Shown here one piece after another: positions 37,230-48,159 of a stretch of DNA of 64,000 nt. Made by a program: the position numbers and the translations under genes. Numbering within the stretch: the stretch's first letter is position 1; the number at the start of each line of letters is the position of its first letter. The notes under the pieces are model-generated. The model saw only the letters and a list, made by a program, of their open reading frames with translations. It was not told where the DNA came from and searched no databases. Source of the stretch: an uncultured Collinsella sp. (GTDB lineage Bacteria > Actinomycetota > Coriobacteriia > Coriobacteriales > Coriobacteriaceae); the NCBI GenBank assembly GCA_900543615.1, contig UQSC01000001.1:17684-81683 (forward strand), written 5' to 3'.

Positions 37230-39872
37230 CTACAGCGCGCCGGAACCGGCTTGCATCATGCCGCCGGGGCCCGAGGTCACGCCGCCGCTCACGGGCGCGG
37301 CGTTGCCGGTGTGCGGTGCCGCCGGAGCGGTATCGCCACCGAGCGTGCCCGCCGGACGCGGTGCCGGGATCTCGCCCGTGCCGTGGCTAAAGACAAACTT
37401 GCCATCGGCCACGTCGCACAGGACGGTATCGCCCTCGCCCCACTCACCGGCCAGAAGCTCCTCGGACAGCGGGTCCTCGATGAGCTTTTGAATAGCACGG
37501 CGCAGCGGACGCGCACCGTTGGTGAGGTCGGTGCCCTCGGCCACGATCTTGTCATAGGCCGCATCGGTGAGCTTGATGTTCATGCCGTTGGCAATCAGGC
37601 GCTGGCGCAGGTCGTCCACCAGCAGGTGAGCGATCTTGGTCAGGTTCTCACCCGAAAGCTTCTGGAACACCACGATGTCGTCGATGCGGTTGAGCAGCTC
37701 GGGGCGGAACAGGCGCTTGAGCTCGCCCATCGCGCGGCCGCGGATCTCGCTCGAGGTAAGACCCTGCTCGCCGGTGGTGCCAAAACCGACGCTCGCATCC
37801 TGTGCGATCTCGCGGGCGCCCACGTTGGACGTCATGATGATCACGGTGTTGCGGAAGTCGACCGTCTTGCCCTGGCTATCGGTCAGACGACCCTCCTCTA
37901 GCACCTGCAGCAGGATGTTAAAGATATCGGGGTGCGCCTTCTCGATCTCGTCGAACAGCACGACCGAGTACGGGTGGCGACGAACGGCCTTGGTGAGCTG
38001 GCCGCCCTCGTCGTGACCGACGTAACCCGGAGGGCTACCGATGAGCTTGGAGACCTCGAACTCGCTACCGAACTCGGACATGTCGAAGCTGATGAGCGCG
38101 TCCTTGCTGCCAAAGAGGTATTCGGCGAGCGTCTTGGCGAGCTCGGTCTTGCCCGTGCCGGTGGGACCCAGGAAGATAAAGCTGCCGCCGGGGCGACGCG
38201 GATCCTTGAGCGGCGAGCGGCTGCGGCGCACGGCCTTGGCAACGGCCTCGACAGCCTCATCCTGACCGATGATGCGCGTCTTGAGTACGCTTTCGGCCTG
38301 CAGCAGGCGACGGCTCTCGCTCTCGGTAAGCGAGGACACCGGCACGCCCGAGGTCACGGACACGATATCGGCGATCTGACTCACATCGATGGTGAGCGGG
38401 CTGGCGTCGAGCTCGGCGGTCCAGGCAGCCTTGGCCTCGGCGAGTTCAATCTCGGCAGCCTTCTGCTGCTCGGTGATCTCGGCGGCCTTGTTCATGTCGT
38501 CGCTCTCGGTGGCCTCCTGCGCGGCGGCCTTGAGCTCCTCGATGCGATGCTCGGCCTCGCGCACCGGCTCGGGCGCGCGATTCGCGGCGATGCGAGCGCG
38601 AGCACCGGCCTCGTCGATGAGGTCGATGGCCTTATCGGGCAGGAAGCGATCCTGGATGTAGCGGTTGGAGAGGTTCGCGGCGGCCTCGATGGCACCCTGT
38701 GTATAGCGTACGTGGTGGTGCTCCTCGTAGCGCGGCTTGAGCGCGGTCAGGATCTTGACCGTATCCTCGACGCTCGGCTCCTCGACATCGATGGTCTGGA
38801 AGCGGCGCTCGAAGGCCGGGTCCTTGGTGAGGTACTTGCGGAACTCCTCGGCCGTAGTGGCACCGATGATCTGGAAAGCACCGCGCGCGAGCACCGGTTT
38901 GAGCATGGAGCTCGCATCGATAGAACCCTCGGCAGAACCGGCACCGATGATGGTGTGCATCTCGTCGATAAACAGGATGACGTCGTCAGCCTCGGTGGCC
39001 TCCTGGATCACGTTCTTGAGGCGCTCCTCAAACTCACCGCGATACTTGGCGCCCGCAACGAGGCCCGGCAGGTCGAGCGTCCAGATGTTCTGGTTCATGA
39101 GGTTCTCGGGCACGTTGCCGGCTGCAATCTGCTGAGCCAGGCCCTCGACGATGGCCGTCTTGCCCACGCCGGGGTCGCCCAGAATGAGCGGGTTGTTCTT
39201 GGTGCGGCGCGAAAGAATTTCCATCATACGCTGGACTTCCTTTTCGCGACCAATTACAGGGTCGAGCTCGCCGTCGCGCGCCTTCTGCGTGAGGTTGGTC
39301 GCGAACTGCTTAAGCGTATCGGTGCCACCCCCCCTTTGCTGAGAGGTATCCGAGCCGCTAAAGAACGGCAGGCCCGCACCGGGACGACCAGCACCGGCGC
39401 CGGCGAGCGGACGCTTCTTGTCCTGGTCCTTGGCGGTGAGTTTCTCGATAGCCTTTTTGATGGAGGCGGACGACACACCCAGGCGCATGAGGATGTCCAT
39501 GGCCATGCCGTTGCCCTCTTCGACGATGCCGATCAGCAAGTGCTCGGTCGACACGTAGGTCTGGTTGTTCTCGCGCGCCACGCGGAATGAACGCTCCATC
39601 ACGCTAATGACGAGCGGCGTAAAGGCGAGCTTGGCCGCCTCGGTCTCCTCACTGGGCTCGGGAACCGTGGTCTGGACCTCTTTGAGAGTATCCATGATGT
39701 CATCGTAGGAGATGTCGAGCGAACGCAGCGCCTCGGCGGCAATGCCCTCGTCCTCCTTGGCAAGCGCGAGCAGCAGGTGCTCGGTGCCCACCTTATTTGA
39801 GTGCAGATCGAGCGCCTCCTGTTTGGCCATCGACATGACCTTGCGCGCTCGATCGGTAAATCTATCTAACAT
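37230..39872 (-). CDS. clpC: ATP-dependent Clp protease ATPase subunit ClpC
   Basis: Clp_N repeats (TEHLL), [16 protein letters not shown] and a UVR-like middle coil. Confidence 0.95.
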   Translation of the reverse strand: MLDRFTDRARKVMSMAKQEALDLHSNKVGTEHLLLALAKEDEGIAAEALRSLDISYDDIMDTLKEVQTTVPEPSEETEAAKLAFTPLVISVMERSFRVARENNQTYVSTEHLLIGIVEEGNGMAMDILMRLGVSSASIKKAIEKLTAKDQDKKRPLAGAGAGRPGAGLPFFSGSDTSQQRGGGTDTLKQFATNLTQKARDGELDPVIGREKEVQRMMEILSRRTKNNPLILGDPGVGKTAIVEGLAQQIAAGNVPENLMNQNIWTLDLPGLVAGAKYRGEFEERLKNVIQEATEADDVILFIDEMHTIIGAGSAEGSIDASSMLKPVLARGAFQIIGATTAEEFRKYLTKDPAFERRFQTIDVEEPSVEDTVKILTALKPRYEEHHHVRYTQGAIEAAANLSNRYIQDRFLPDKAIDLIDEAGARARIAANRAPEPVREAEHRIEELKAAAQEATESDDMNKAAEITEQQKAAEIELAEAKAAWTAELDASPLTIDVSQIADIVSVTSGVPVSSLTESESRRLLQAESVLKTRIIGQDEAVEAVAKAVRRSRSPLKDPRRPGGSFIFLGPTGTGKTELAKTLAEYLFGSKDALISFDMSEFGSEFEVSKLIGSPPGYVGHDEGGQLTKAVRRHPYSVVLFDEIEKAHPDIFNILLQVLEEGRLTDSQGKTVDFRNTVIIMTSNVGAREIAQDASVGFGTTGEQGLTSSEIRGRAMGELKRLFRPELLNRIDDIVVFQKLSGENLTKIAHLLVDDLRQRLIANGMNIKLTDAAYDKIVAEGTDLTNGARPLRRAIQKLIEDPLSEELLAGEWGEGDTVLCDVADGKFVFSHGTGEIPAPRPAGTLGGDTAPAAPHTGNAAPVSGGVTSGPGGMMQAGSGAL

Positions 39873-40064
39873 GCTCGTTTCCTTACATGAGTTCATCGAA
39901 ATCAAAACGCCCGCCCGTCGGCGGCGCTTTTGTCTCTTTACCCACAGGTTGTCTATGTTAACAGCTGGAGGAATATCTATAAACCCGGCTCACATGAATG
40001 CAGGTTATGACCGCATCGCGGGACTCACCGCGCGATGCGCGACAGGCGCCCCGCAAGAGAAACC

Positions 40065-40754
40065 CTAGGCGTCTTTCACCACGTCGGGACTCGTCGCACG
40101 CGATGCGCGATAGGCATCGGCCTCCTTGGAGACGCGTTCGAGCAGCTCGGATGTATCGACGCCCTCGACTTGCGCGACCGTTTCCACCGTCTGCATGGCG
40201 ACCGCCCTCAGGTACGCGCACGCGCTGTCCCCCGGCTGCTCGAGGTCTATCTCCTCGCCGCCCTCCCGGGCAAAGCCGACCGCCATCACAAAGCCCATGA
40301 TGCCCGAGACCAGAAAGCCCACCGCAAAGCTCGAATCTGCCTTGAGCTCTTCTCCGTCGGGGTGGACGATCTCTCTCACGCGGTCGATGATGATCGTATG
40401 GATGCCCTGCACGACCTGCTCGGCGGCACCCGCCCTCATGGTGATGACGATGCGCCGCAGCAGGCAGCGGACGTCACGCCGGTCGAACGCCGAAAGGTCG
40501 CCCTCGCTCGAAAAATGCCAGAGGGCATCGGTGATGAGCTCGTTATCCTGCAGCAGCTGGGCTATGGCGATGGCGACGAGTTCATCGAAATCGTGAAAAT
40601 AGTAGTAAAACGTTCCGCGATTGCACTGGGCGGCGCGGGTCACCTCGCCAACCGACAGCTCGAAGATGCTGTTGTTCTCGATGAGCTCCCAAAACGCCTC
40701 GATGATACGGGTGCGTGCATCGGGCGCATCGGCGTCCTTACGCGGTCTCGCCAT
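40065..40754 (-). CDS. TetR/AcrR family regulator
   Basis: ARTRIIEAF...SVGEVTRAAQCNRGTFYYYF; overlaps the end of the upstream gene. Confidence 0.9.
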   Translation of the reverse strand: MARPRKDADAPDARTRIIEAFWELIENNSIFELSVGEVTRAAQCNRGTFYYYFHDFDELVAIAIAQLLQDNELITDALWHFSSEGDLSAFDRRDVRCLLRRIVITMRAGAAEQVVQGIHTIIIDRVREIVHPDGEELKADSSFAVGFLVSGIMGFVMAVGFAREGGEEIDLEQPGDSACAYLRAVAMQTVETVAQVEGVDTSELLERVSKEADAYRASRATSPDVVKDA

Positions 40755-43700
40755 GCGCCTCACCGCACCCCTGCGCCTTGGCGTTCATGATGAGCATCTG
40801 AAGACGGTTCTCCACGTTGGCGAAGCTCACGTCGGGATCGTAGTCGAGCGGCAGGAACTGCGCCGTGGGATACTGCTCCTTGAGCGCATGGATGAGCCCG
40901 CGCCCCACGACATGGTTGGGCAGACACCCGAACGGCTGCAGGATCACGAAGTTGCGGCAGCCGCGCTTGGCGTGCTCGAGAATCTCCGCCGGAATCAGCA
41001 CGCCCTCGCCCGCATCGAACGTATGGTGCAGGATCTTATCGCTCGCGCGCACGAGCTCGGGCATGCGCGTCGGCGGCTCGTAGAGCGGGCTCGCCGCGCC
41101 CAGGCGGTCGCAACGGTCGTGCGCGAGCTCGAACAGGTTGTCCGCCGTGGCGTACCAGGCCTTTTCGGGCAGCGACAGGTCGACGTGGAACTCGCGCGAC
41201 TGCGCATGCTTGTAGAAATAGGTCTTGCGGATCACGTCGGTCATGCGCGCCTCGATGACCTCGAGCCCGTTGTCCTCGAGGTAGCGCTCGATCTCGTGGT
41301 TGGCGCCGAGATGGAAATTGAGCAGGTACTCGCCCACGATGAGAACGGTCGGATGCGGGTTCGAGCGGTCGTACGGAACGGCGTCCATGATCGCAAGCGC
41401 GCGTTTGAAGCCCGTCGCCTGGCCTCTCAGCCCGGAGCGTTCCATGCCCTCGATAACCTCATCGAGCGCGCGGTCGAACGCAGCGTCCGCCGCGCCCTTC
41501 TCGAGCTCGTAGGGACGGATGCGCCTAAGCATGGCCTCGAGGGCATCGATCATGGGAAGACCGTAGGCGATCTGGATGCTCGGGCCAAGGCCGAGCTTGA
41601 AGCCCGGATGCGCATTGTGGGCATCGACGTCGTCGTTGGTGAGCACCGGGACATAGTCGTATCCCGCGTCGTCGAGCGCGCGGCGCAGCAGGGGCATGTA
41701 GTGCGTCAGGCGGCAGTCGCCGATATACTTGCCAGTCACCACGGCGACGTCGTGCGGGTCGTACTTACCGCTCTCGAGTGCCGCGAGCGCCTCGCCGATC
41801 ACGATTTGCGCGGGGAAGCAGATGTCGTTGTGCACATAGCGTTTGCCCAGGCGGATGGCATCCTCGCGCCCGATATCAAGGGCCTCGGCGCGCACGCCTT
41901 GATTGCGCATCGCCGCGGTCATGAGCCTGCAGAACGCATGGGAGGTGTTGGGGACCAGCGCGATCTTGTCGTGCCGGTCGCGCTTGGTGTACTTGACCTT
42001 ATACGGGTCGTCGAGCGGATGGACCGCGTGCACCCGGGCGCCCTCGGCACGCTCCTCCGCGCGACGACGGTTGACCGACTCGATAAACGAACGCACGCGA
42101 ATGCCCATGGGACCGGCGACGTCGCTCTCATCGAGCTTGATCATCATCGGAACCTTGGAGCCCATCTCGCCCAACATGCGCGCGATCTCGTCGGTGAGAT
42201 ACGCATCGTGGCCGCAGCCGAAGCTGCCCATCTGCACGAGCTCGAGCTCGGGCGTCGATGCGACGATGACCGCGCACGACAGCATGCGCGCATGGTAGTT
42301 GTTCACGATGTCGATGCGGCTGTTGGAAAGATCGACGTTGCAGACCCCCGGCACCGCATCGGGCGTCAGCACGGGGATGCCGCGCTCAGAGAAGAGCTTG
42401 GGCAGCCCGTGGTTGACCAGCGGGTCGTTGTGGTACGGGCGCGAAGCGATCACCACCGCGTAGCCGCCGTCCTCGTGCACGTTCTCGAGCACCTGCCTGC
42501 CGCGCAGCTGCAGCTGGTTCTCAAACGTCTCCTGCGCGCGGTCCGCCTGCTCGGTCGCCTTGGCAACCAGGTCGGCATCGATATCGAAGGTCTCCTTGCA
42601 CCACGCCTTGAGCTGGCGGTTTCGGTCGCCCTCGTCGTACCAGTGGAACAGCGGCGTATCGAACGGAACGCCGAAACGCACCTCCGGGTTATCGGAATTG
42701 CGCATCACGTAGGGGTATCCCTTTACGACGGCGCACATCCACTCGCTGGTAGAGGCGGTGTTTTCGGTGGGCACCGTCGTGATGATGGGCATGAAGATGC
42801 GGTCGACGCCGGCGTCGACGAGATTGCGGATGTGCCCGTGGACGAGCTTGGCCGGGAAGCACACGGTGTCGGATGTGACGTGCGCCAGACCGCGCTCGTA
42901 CATCGCCTTGGTGCTGCGTCCCGAGACGCGCACCTTAAAGCCGAGCGTGCTGAAGAACGTCGACCAGAACGGCATGGTGTCCCAGAACTCGAGCACACGG
43001 GGAATGCCGATCGTGACATCGCGCCCCCCGCTGACGGGAACCGTGGGGTACGACTCGAACAGCAGCTTCTCGCGGTCGACAAAGAGATTGGGGGCAGCCG
43101 CGGTCCGGTCGCGCCCCGTGCCGGGTGCCTGTGCCTCGCAAGCACCCTGCGGACGCAGCTCCTCCGCCGCGGGAACCTCGCGCACGAGCTCATCCCATGA
43201 GATGGCGCCGCCGCGCGGGCAGCGATTGCCCGTGACGTAAAGCGAGCCGTCGCCAAATGCCACGACCGCGCGCTGGCAGCGGTTGTTGCACCGACGGCAG
43301 GTAACGCCGCCGAACTCGCGATGCTCGAAGCGCTCCACGGCATCGAGCCCGATAAACGACGTGCCGGCGTCGCCCTTGCGGCATTCCTCGCGCGCGAGCA
43401 GGGCGATACCGATAGCGCCCATCAGCCCCGGGTGGGGCGCACGCGTGACGGGTTTGCCCAGATACTGCTCGAATGCGCGCAGCACCGCGTCGTTTCGGAA
43501 CGTGCCGCCCTGGACGACGACTTTGTCGCCCAGACGGTTGAGATTTGAAACGCGAATGACCTTGGTGAACACGTTCTCGATAATCGAACGGCAGAGACCG
43601 GCCATGATGTCGCCCGGACCCTTACCGCGCCGCTGCTCGGAAACGACGCTGCTGTTCATGAACACCGTGCAGCGGCTGCCGAGAACGGCGGGGGCTTTGG

Positions 43701-45177
43701 ACGAAAATGCCTCGGTCGCGATATCCTCAACGGCTATTCCGAGGTTTTTGGCAAAACCCTCGAGGAACGAGCCGCAGCCCGCAGAGCACGCCTCGTTGAC
43801 GACGATATCGGTCAGCACGCCGTGGTTGAGCCAGATGGCCTTCATATCCTGTCCGCCGATGTCGAGCACGAAGGTCGCATCGGGAACGCATGCGCACGCG
43901 GCGCGGGCGTGCGCGACCGTCTCGACCGTATGGTAGTCGGCGTGGAACGCGCGCGCGAAAAGCTCCTCGCCGTATCCCGTGGTGCCCACGGCATCGATCG
44001 CAAGCGTGACTCCCGCTGTCTCCCAGCGGTTCTTCAAGCTGACAAGACCCTGTTGGGCGACGTCGAGCGGTCTGCCGTTATTAGACGCGTAGAATGAATC
44101 GACAAGCTCACCCGCCTCATCGACCAGGGCGAACTTGGTCGTCGTGCTCCCCGAATCGATACCGAGCGCCACACGCACCGTCTCTCCGGGCGCATACGCA
44201 TCCGGACCCTTTGCCGGCGTCTCTTTGCCATGGCGTGCCGTAAAATCCACCTGCTCGGCAGGTGTGGCAAAAAAGGGCTGGGCAAGACGTCCCTCCCCGC
44301 TTGCGGGCGCGACCGTCTCGAGCTTATCCAGCCGGACAAAAGCGTCGGGAAGGTCGATCGGTTGGGACGATGCGAACATGTCGGTCAGCGACAGGGCGGC
44401 ACCGCGCGCGACCATGATCTGCGGATCGCGCGGGACGATAACCTGATCGTCCGATAGATTCAGTTGCTCCCGGAACACGCGGACCAGTGTGGGGTTGTAG
44501 GCGAGCGTACCGCCCTCGAAGATTACCGGCGGCTCGATGTCGATACCCTGGGCCAGACCGCCGATCGTTTGGCGGGCGACCGCGTGAAGCGCCGAAAGCG
44601 CTAGGTCGGTGGTAGGAATGCCCTCGTTGAGCAGCGGCTGGATATCGGTCTTTGCGTACACGCCGCAGCGGCCCGAGACCTCGTGGACGGTCGTTCCCCG
44701 GCTTGCGAGCTGCTCGAACTCGCCCGATTCGGTGCCGACCCCCATGAGCTTTGCCATCTCGTCGATAAATGCACCGGTACCGCCTGCGCACGAGCCGTTC
44801 ATGCGCATGTCGGCAACCTCGATGTCTCCCTTATCGTTGGTGCGGAAGAAGATCATCTTGGCGTCTTGGCCGCCCAGCTCGATGGCGCAGCGCGTCTGCG
44901 GATAGAACCTGCTGATCGCGAGCGCGTTGGCGACCACCTCCTGAACGTACGAGGCGCCCAGCGCGGTCGCGATATCGCGCGCACCCGAGCCGGTCACCGC
45001 AACGCGCAGTGACTCATGGGGAAAGCGCTCGGCGAGCTCGCCGAGCATGGCGCGCACGCTCGCTGTCTGACACGCCCCGTGGCGGCGATATCCCCACCAC
45101 GCCTCGGTCATATCTTCGTGCATCGCGTAAACTTTGGTCGTCGTCGACCCTACGTCCAGTCCTACTAGCAACGCCAT
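40738..45177 (-). CDS. CoA-enzyme activase (two BadF/BadG ASKHA modules) fused to DUF2229/2-hydroxyacyl-CoA dehydratase-like domains
   Basis: GLDVGSTT, GGQDAK, CAGGTG; second module GIDSGSTT, GGQDMK, CSAGCG; CRRCNNRC; CFPAK, FGCGHD, PFGCLPNH. Confidence 0.88.
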   Translation of the reverse strand: MALLVGLDVGSTTTKVYAMHEDMTEAWWGYRRHGACQTASVRAMLGELAERFPHESLRVAVTGSGARDIATALGASYVQEVVANALAISRFYPQTRCAIELGGQDAKMIFFRTNDKGDIEVADMRMNGSCAGGTGAFIDEMAKLMGVGTESGEFEQLASRGTTVHEVSGRCGVYAKTDIQPLLNEGIPTTDLALSALHAVARQTIGGLAQGIDIEPPVIFEGGTLAYNPTLVRVFREQLNLSDDQVIVPRDPQIMVARGAALSLTDMFASSQPIDLPDAFVRLDKLETVAPASGEGRLAQPFFATPAEQVDFTARHGKETPAKGPDAYAPGETVRVALGIDSGSTTTKFALVDEAGELVDSFYASNNGRPLDVAQQGLVSLKNRWETAGVTLAIDAVGTTGYGEELFARAFHADYHTVETVAHARAACACVPDATFVLDIGGQDMKAIWLNHGVLTDIVVNEACSAGCGSFLEGFAKNLGIAVEDIATEAFSSKAPAVLGSRCTVFMNSSVVSEQRRGKGPGDIMAGLCRSIIENVFTKVIRVSNLNRLGDKVVVQGGTFRNDAVLRAFEQYLGKPVTRAPHPGLMGAIGIALLAREECRKGDAGTSFIGLDAVERFEHREFGGVTCRRCNNRCQRAVVAFGDGSLYVTGNRCPRGGAISWDELVREVPAAEELRPQGACEAQAPGTGRDRTAAAPNLFVDREKLLFESYPTVPVSGGRDVTIGIPRVLEFWDTMPFWSTFFSTLGFKVRVSGRSTKAMYERGLAHVTSDTVCFPAKLVHGHIRNLVDAGVDRIFMPIITTVPTENTASTSEWMCAVVKGYPYVMRNSDNPEVRFGVPFDTPLFHWYDEGDRNRQLKAWCKETFDIDADLVAKATEQADRAQETFENQLQLRGRQVLENVHEDGGYAVVIASRPYHNDPLVNHGLPKLFSERGIPVLTPDAVPGVCNVDLSNSRIDIVNNYHARMLSCAVIVASTPELELVQMGSFGCGHDAYLTDEIARMLGEMGSKVPMMIKLDESDVAGPMGIRVRSFIESVNRRRAEERAEGARVHAVHPLDDPYKVKYTKRDRHDKIALVPNTSHAFCRLMTAAMRNQGVRAEALDIGREDAIRLGKRYVHNDICFPAQIVIGEALAALESGKYDPHDVAVVTGKYIGDCRLTHYMPLLRRALDDAGYDYVPVLTNDDVDAHNAHPGFKLGLGPSIQIAYGLPMIDALEAMLRRIRPYELEKGAADAAFDRALDEVIEGMERSGLRGQATGFKRALAIMDAVPYDRSNPHPTVLIVGEYLLNFHLGANHEIERYLEDNGLEVIEARMTDVIRKTYFYKHAQSREFHVDLSLPEKAWYATADNLFELAHDRCDRLGAASPLYEPPTRMPELVRASDKILHHTFDAGEGVLIPAEILEHAKRGCRNFVILQPFGCLPNHVVGRGLIHALKEQYPTAQFLPLDYDPDVSFANVENRLQMLIMNAKAQGCGEAHGETA

Positions 45178-45226
45178 AATGCTCCGTCTCTCGCATTTTT
45201 CCCGCTAGAGATATACCACTCTACGT

Positions 45227-45247
45227 AATACAACAGACTGTTGTATT
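45227..45247. promoter_or_regulatory. Putative TetR operator
   Basis: Perfect 10-1-10 palindrome AATACAACAG-A-CTGTTGTATT, 50 bp upstream of the activase-tetR operon. Confidence 0.7.
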
Positions 45248-45458
45248 TAAACTCCGTATAAAAAGCGGCTGCCGAAACGCTTCAGCAGCCGCCGAATGCA
45301 CCAACAGATTGTTCTGCGCGCTAGCACGTCGGGCAACGGAGCAGCACGGGCCCTCCGGTCATGCGCACCGCTCACGCCCGCGATGTCGCCGAGAGAGCTA
45401 TCCACGCTTAGGGCTCCAACCAAGCAAGTCGCCCGCGCTCAGCAGATCCCTAAGCGAG

Positions 45459-46016
45459 CTACTCGCACTCAGGAGCCATAGCCTGCTCCAAGAGCTCGGC
45501 ATGCTCCTCCTCGAAAACCGTCCCCACAGGGAAGGCGCGACGGAAGACGAAGTGGGAAATCGGACCGGCTACCAAAAGGTTCCACGGCAGCGCCATCACA
45601 AAATTATGCGGGATGTTGATCATCCAGATCGCGGGCACGGAATACAGGTTCGCAAGGATGCCGCCGGGCATGTGCGTCAGACCCTCGCACGCGCCGTAGA
45701 GCGACATGATGATGACCATGGGAACGACCATGCAGGAGCTGACGGCGAGCGTCATAGCGAGCGGCGAGCTCTTGCCCGGAGTAACCAGGAACTTGAAGGC
45801 GAAGCCTTTGGCCAGCGGGCTGGCGATAAACCAGTCGCAGCACATGGCAAAGACATAGGCAACGGGGAAGCCGAGCCACGCGGCGGCGGCAACCTCGCCG
45901 TTGATGGCCCCATGCTGCAGGGCAACGTTGTAGATGCTCATCCAGAGCACCATGCAAAAGCACATGATAAAGGTGAACAGCAGGCTCTCTCGTTTGTTGA
46001 TAGGCATAAAGGGCAT
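45459..46016 (-). CDS. Hypothetical membrane protein (DUF2798-like)
   Basis: MPINKRESLLFTFIMCFCMV..MS.YN, NFVMALPWNLLVAGP; GAAAGGA RBS. Confidence 0.7.
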   Translation of the reverse strand: MPFMPINKRESLLFTFIMCFCMVLWMSIYNVALQHGAINGEVAAAAWLGFPVAYVFAMCCDWFIASPLAKGFAFKFLVTPGKSSPLAMTLAVSSCMVVPMVIIMSLYGACEGLTHMPGGILANLYSVPAIWMINIPHNFVMALPWNLLVAGPISHFVFRRAFPVGTVFEEEHAELLEQAMAPECE

Positions 46017-46217
46017 GGTCCTTTCTGTGTTACGCCTCGACACCACGCAACAAAAACGGGCGGGCAAGATGGAGCTGTTGGGACTTCATCTCGCCCGCCC
46101 GTGATACGTGCGTCTGCGACTACTTATGTGGTGGAACCAGCCTAGCACGAAAACCCCGCGCTTCGTAAGCGTTGAGTTTATGAAGATGCAGGGCACCAAC
46201 AATCCCCCGACCCCATA

Positions 46218-46284
46218 AGTTGCGGTGGAATACGGACTGTTTTGGCCCTTTAAGCAGCAATTCAACCCCTATTTCACCGCAACC
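46218..46284. repeat. 67-bp palindromic element, copy 3
   Basis: AGTTGCGGTGGAATA-N37-TATTTCACCGCAACC. Confidence 0.85.
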
Positions 46285-46287
46285 CAT

Positions 46288-46320
46288 TTGGTGCAAAGTA
46301 ACCTGTTCCCTTTGCGCCAA
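46288..46320 (-). repeat. GGGAACAG-core hairpin directly after a TAA stop
   Basis: Minus strand TAA-TTGGCGCAAAG-GGAACAGGTTA-CTTTGCACCAA. Confidence 0.65.
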
Positions 46321-47889
46321 TTAGCTGGTGTGGCGCCAGCGAGGGTCGGTAAGGGTTCTCGCCACGCCCAAGCCAACGGGCAGAAACGCTACGATGAGCA
46401 CCGCGCGCACAAACCAGCCGAGCATATTGACCGTGTCGAAGGTGCACATGTAATACATAGAGCGATAGAGATACAGACCGGGCACCATAATGACAATCGA
46501 TGGCACCGTGAGGGCGATACGTGGGTAGGTGAGTTTGATTTCAGCTAAGCTCGCGAGCAGCCCCGATACCAACGCGCCGATAAACGCAGCCGCCTCGGGA
46601 GGCATGCCCGCACTCAAGCCCAGGAAGGGAAACAGCGTCGGCGCATCGACGAGCGTAAGGCGCAAGGTATTAGACACGGCGCCGATGAGCCCTGCCGCCG
46701 CTGCCATCTTTACCGGACTGTTGAACATAACCGAGAAGCCAAATACGCCGATAAAGCTCATCAGTATGCGCAAGAGCGTAAGAGCCAACGGTGAGAGACC
46801 GAGCGGGGCGAAGTCATCCGGCGCCAGTCCCACGCACTCGGCAACCATCCAACCCACGAGGGTCGCCATCACAATAATCGACACAGCGTACGAAAGACGC
46901 TCGATACCGCTTCGCATGTCGAGCTTGGCGATGTCGAGGCCTGCCGTAATGAGGGGAAAGCCGGGAATCACAAAGAGCATGGCGCCGATATAGCCTTCTT
47001 GGTGCGACATTGCCCCCGGTACGAGCTGGCCAAGGCCGAGCAATGCCAGCAGATACGAAACGCAAGCGAGCGCAACGCCGGTCGTCAGCGCGCTAAACTG
47101 GCCAAGACCCTGCTTGAGAATATGGGAGCGAGCAAAGTTGCCGACACCAGCGCCTACGAATGCGCAAGCCATCTCGATAGGGCCGCCGCCGAGCAAAAAG
47201 ACGAAGGCGCCGCAAGCACAGGCCGCCGCAAGGCCCTGTTGCCAGGGAGAGTAATCGGGCTTTGAGCTCTCAACGGTCTTGAGCATCTCGTGATACTCGT
47301 GCACCGTAAAACGGCGACCATAGGTCTCGATTTCCTTGAGGAAACTCTCCATCATCCAAATGCGATGGGTATTGACGCCCGTTGTGGGCAGACTGACGAC
47401 CTCGTTAAAGCAGTGGCCATCTTCGATGCAGGTACACTCAAACGATAGGAGACTCAAGTCGACGTGGATGGTGACACCGAGTACGGCGGCGACTCGATTC
47501 ATGGTATCGCGTACACGCCAGGCACCCGTTCCGCTCGCGAGCATAAGCATACCGGTGCGGCAGATGATGGATGATTTATCGGTGAGCGGCGCATCGACGG
47601 CAAGTTCATCGCCTGCCGTCACGATCTGGTGCCAGTCAGTTTTCATATGGAGCGCGCCGGCACGAACACCGTGGTGCATGGGGGCTCTCGAAAGCAGCGA
47701 GTTAAGGCGCGAAGACTGTGGGGGCTCCGTTGATTCGTCCTCAACCTCATCAGCCTCTTCATCGACCAGATCAAAGGAATCAAGCGGCGCTGGCTCGCGA
47801 CGGTCGATCAGCTCCTCGTCCTCATCATCAAAGTAATTGAACTGATCGAGCATGTCCTCTTCGATTGCGCGCTCGCTCGCGTCGTCCAT
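46321..47889 (-). CDS. Threonine/serine exporter (ThrE family) with an acidic N-terminus
   Basis: LASGTGAWRVR, FVIPGFPL and IMVPGL; about 10 TM segments. Confidence 0.85.
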   Translation of the reverse strand: MDDASERAIEEDMLDQFNYFDDEDEELIDRREPAPLDSFDLVDEEADEVEDESTEPPQSSRLNSLLSRAPMHHGVRAGALHMKTDWHQIVTAGDELAVDAPLTDKSSIICRTGMLMLASGTGAWRVRDTMNRVAAVLGVTIHVDLSLLSFECTCIEDGHCFNEVVSLPTTGVNTHRIWMMESFLKEIETYGRRFTVHEYHEMLKTVESSKPDYSPWQQGLAAACACGAFVFLLGGGPIEMACAFVGAGVGNFARSHILKQGLGQFSALTTGVALACVSYLLALLGLGQLVPGAMSHQEGYIGAMLFVIPGFPLITAGLDIAKLDMRSGIERLSYAVSIIVMATLVGWMVAECVGLAPDDFAPLGLSPLALTLLRILMSFIGVFGFSVMFNSPVKMAAAAGLIGAVSNTLRLTLVDAPTLFPFLGLSAGMPPEAAAFIGALVSGLLASLAEIKLTYPRIALTVPSIVIMVPGLYLYRSMYYMCTFDTVNMLGWFVRAVLIVAFLPVGLGVARTLTDPRWRHTS

Positions 47890-48159
47890 CCCGGTGCTCC
47901 CTTCCTATCGACCAACCCCCATCCTAGACAGCGACGGCTAAAGGAAACATAAAAGAGACGGCTGTCATGCGAACCACGTCCCCAATGACTACATCGATGT
48001 TTTGGCAACGCCAGCGAGCGGGTCGCATTTGAGACAAGGTGACGTGAAACGAAAGGGCGCTGACCTTCTGGTCGCGCCCTTGAAGTTGAACGTCAGATTG
48101 TCCAAATGCGGCCCGCGCAGCGTCGAGCCGTTACGCGGTTCGTAGAACCGCGTAACTAA

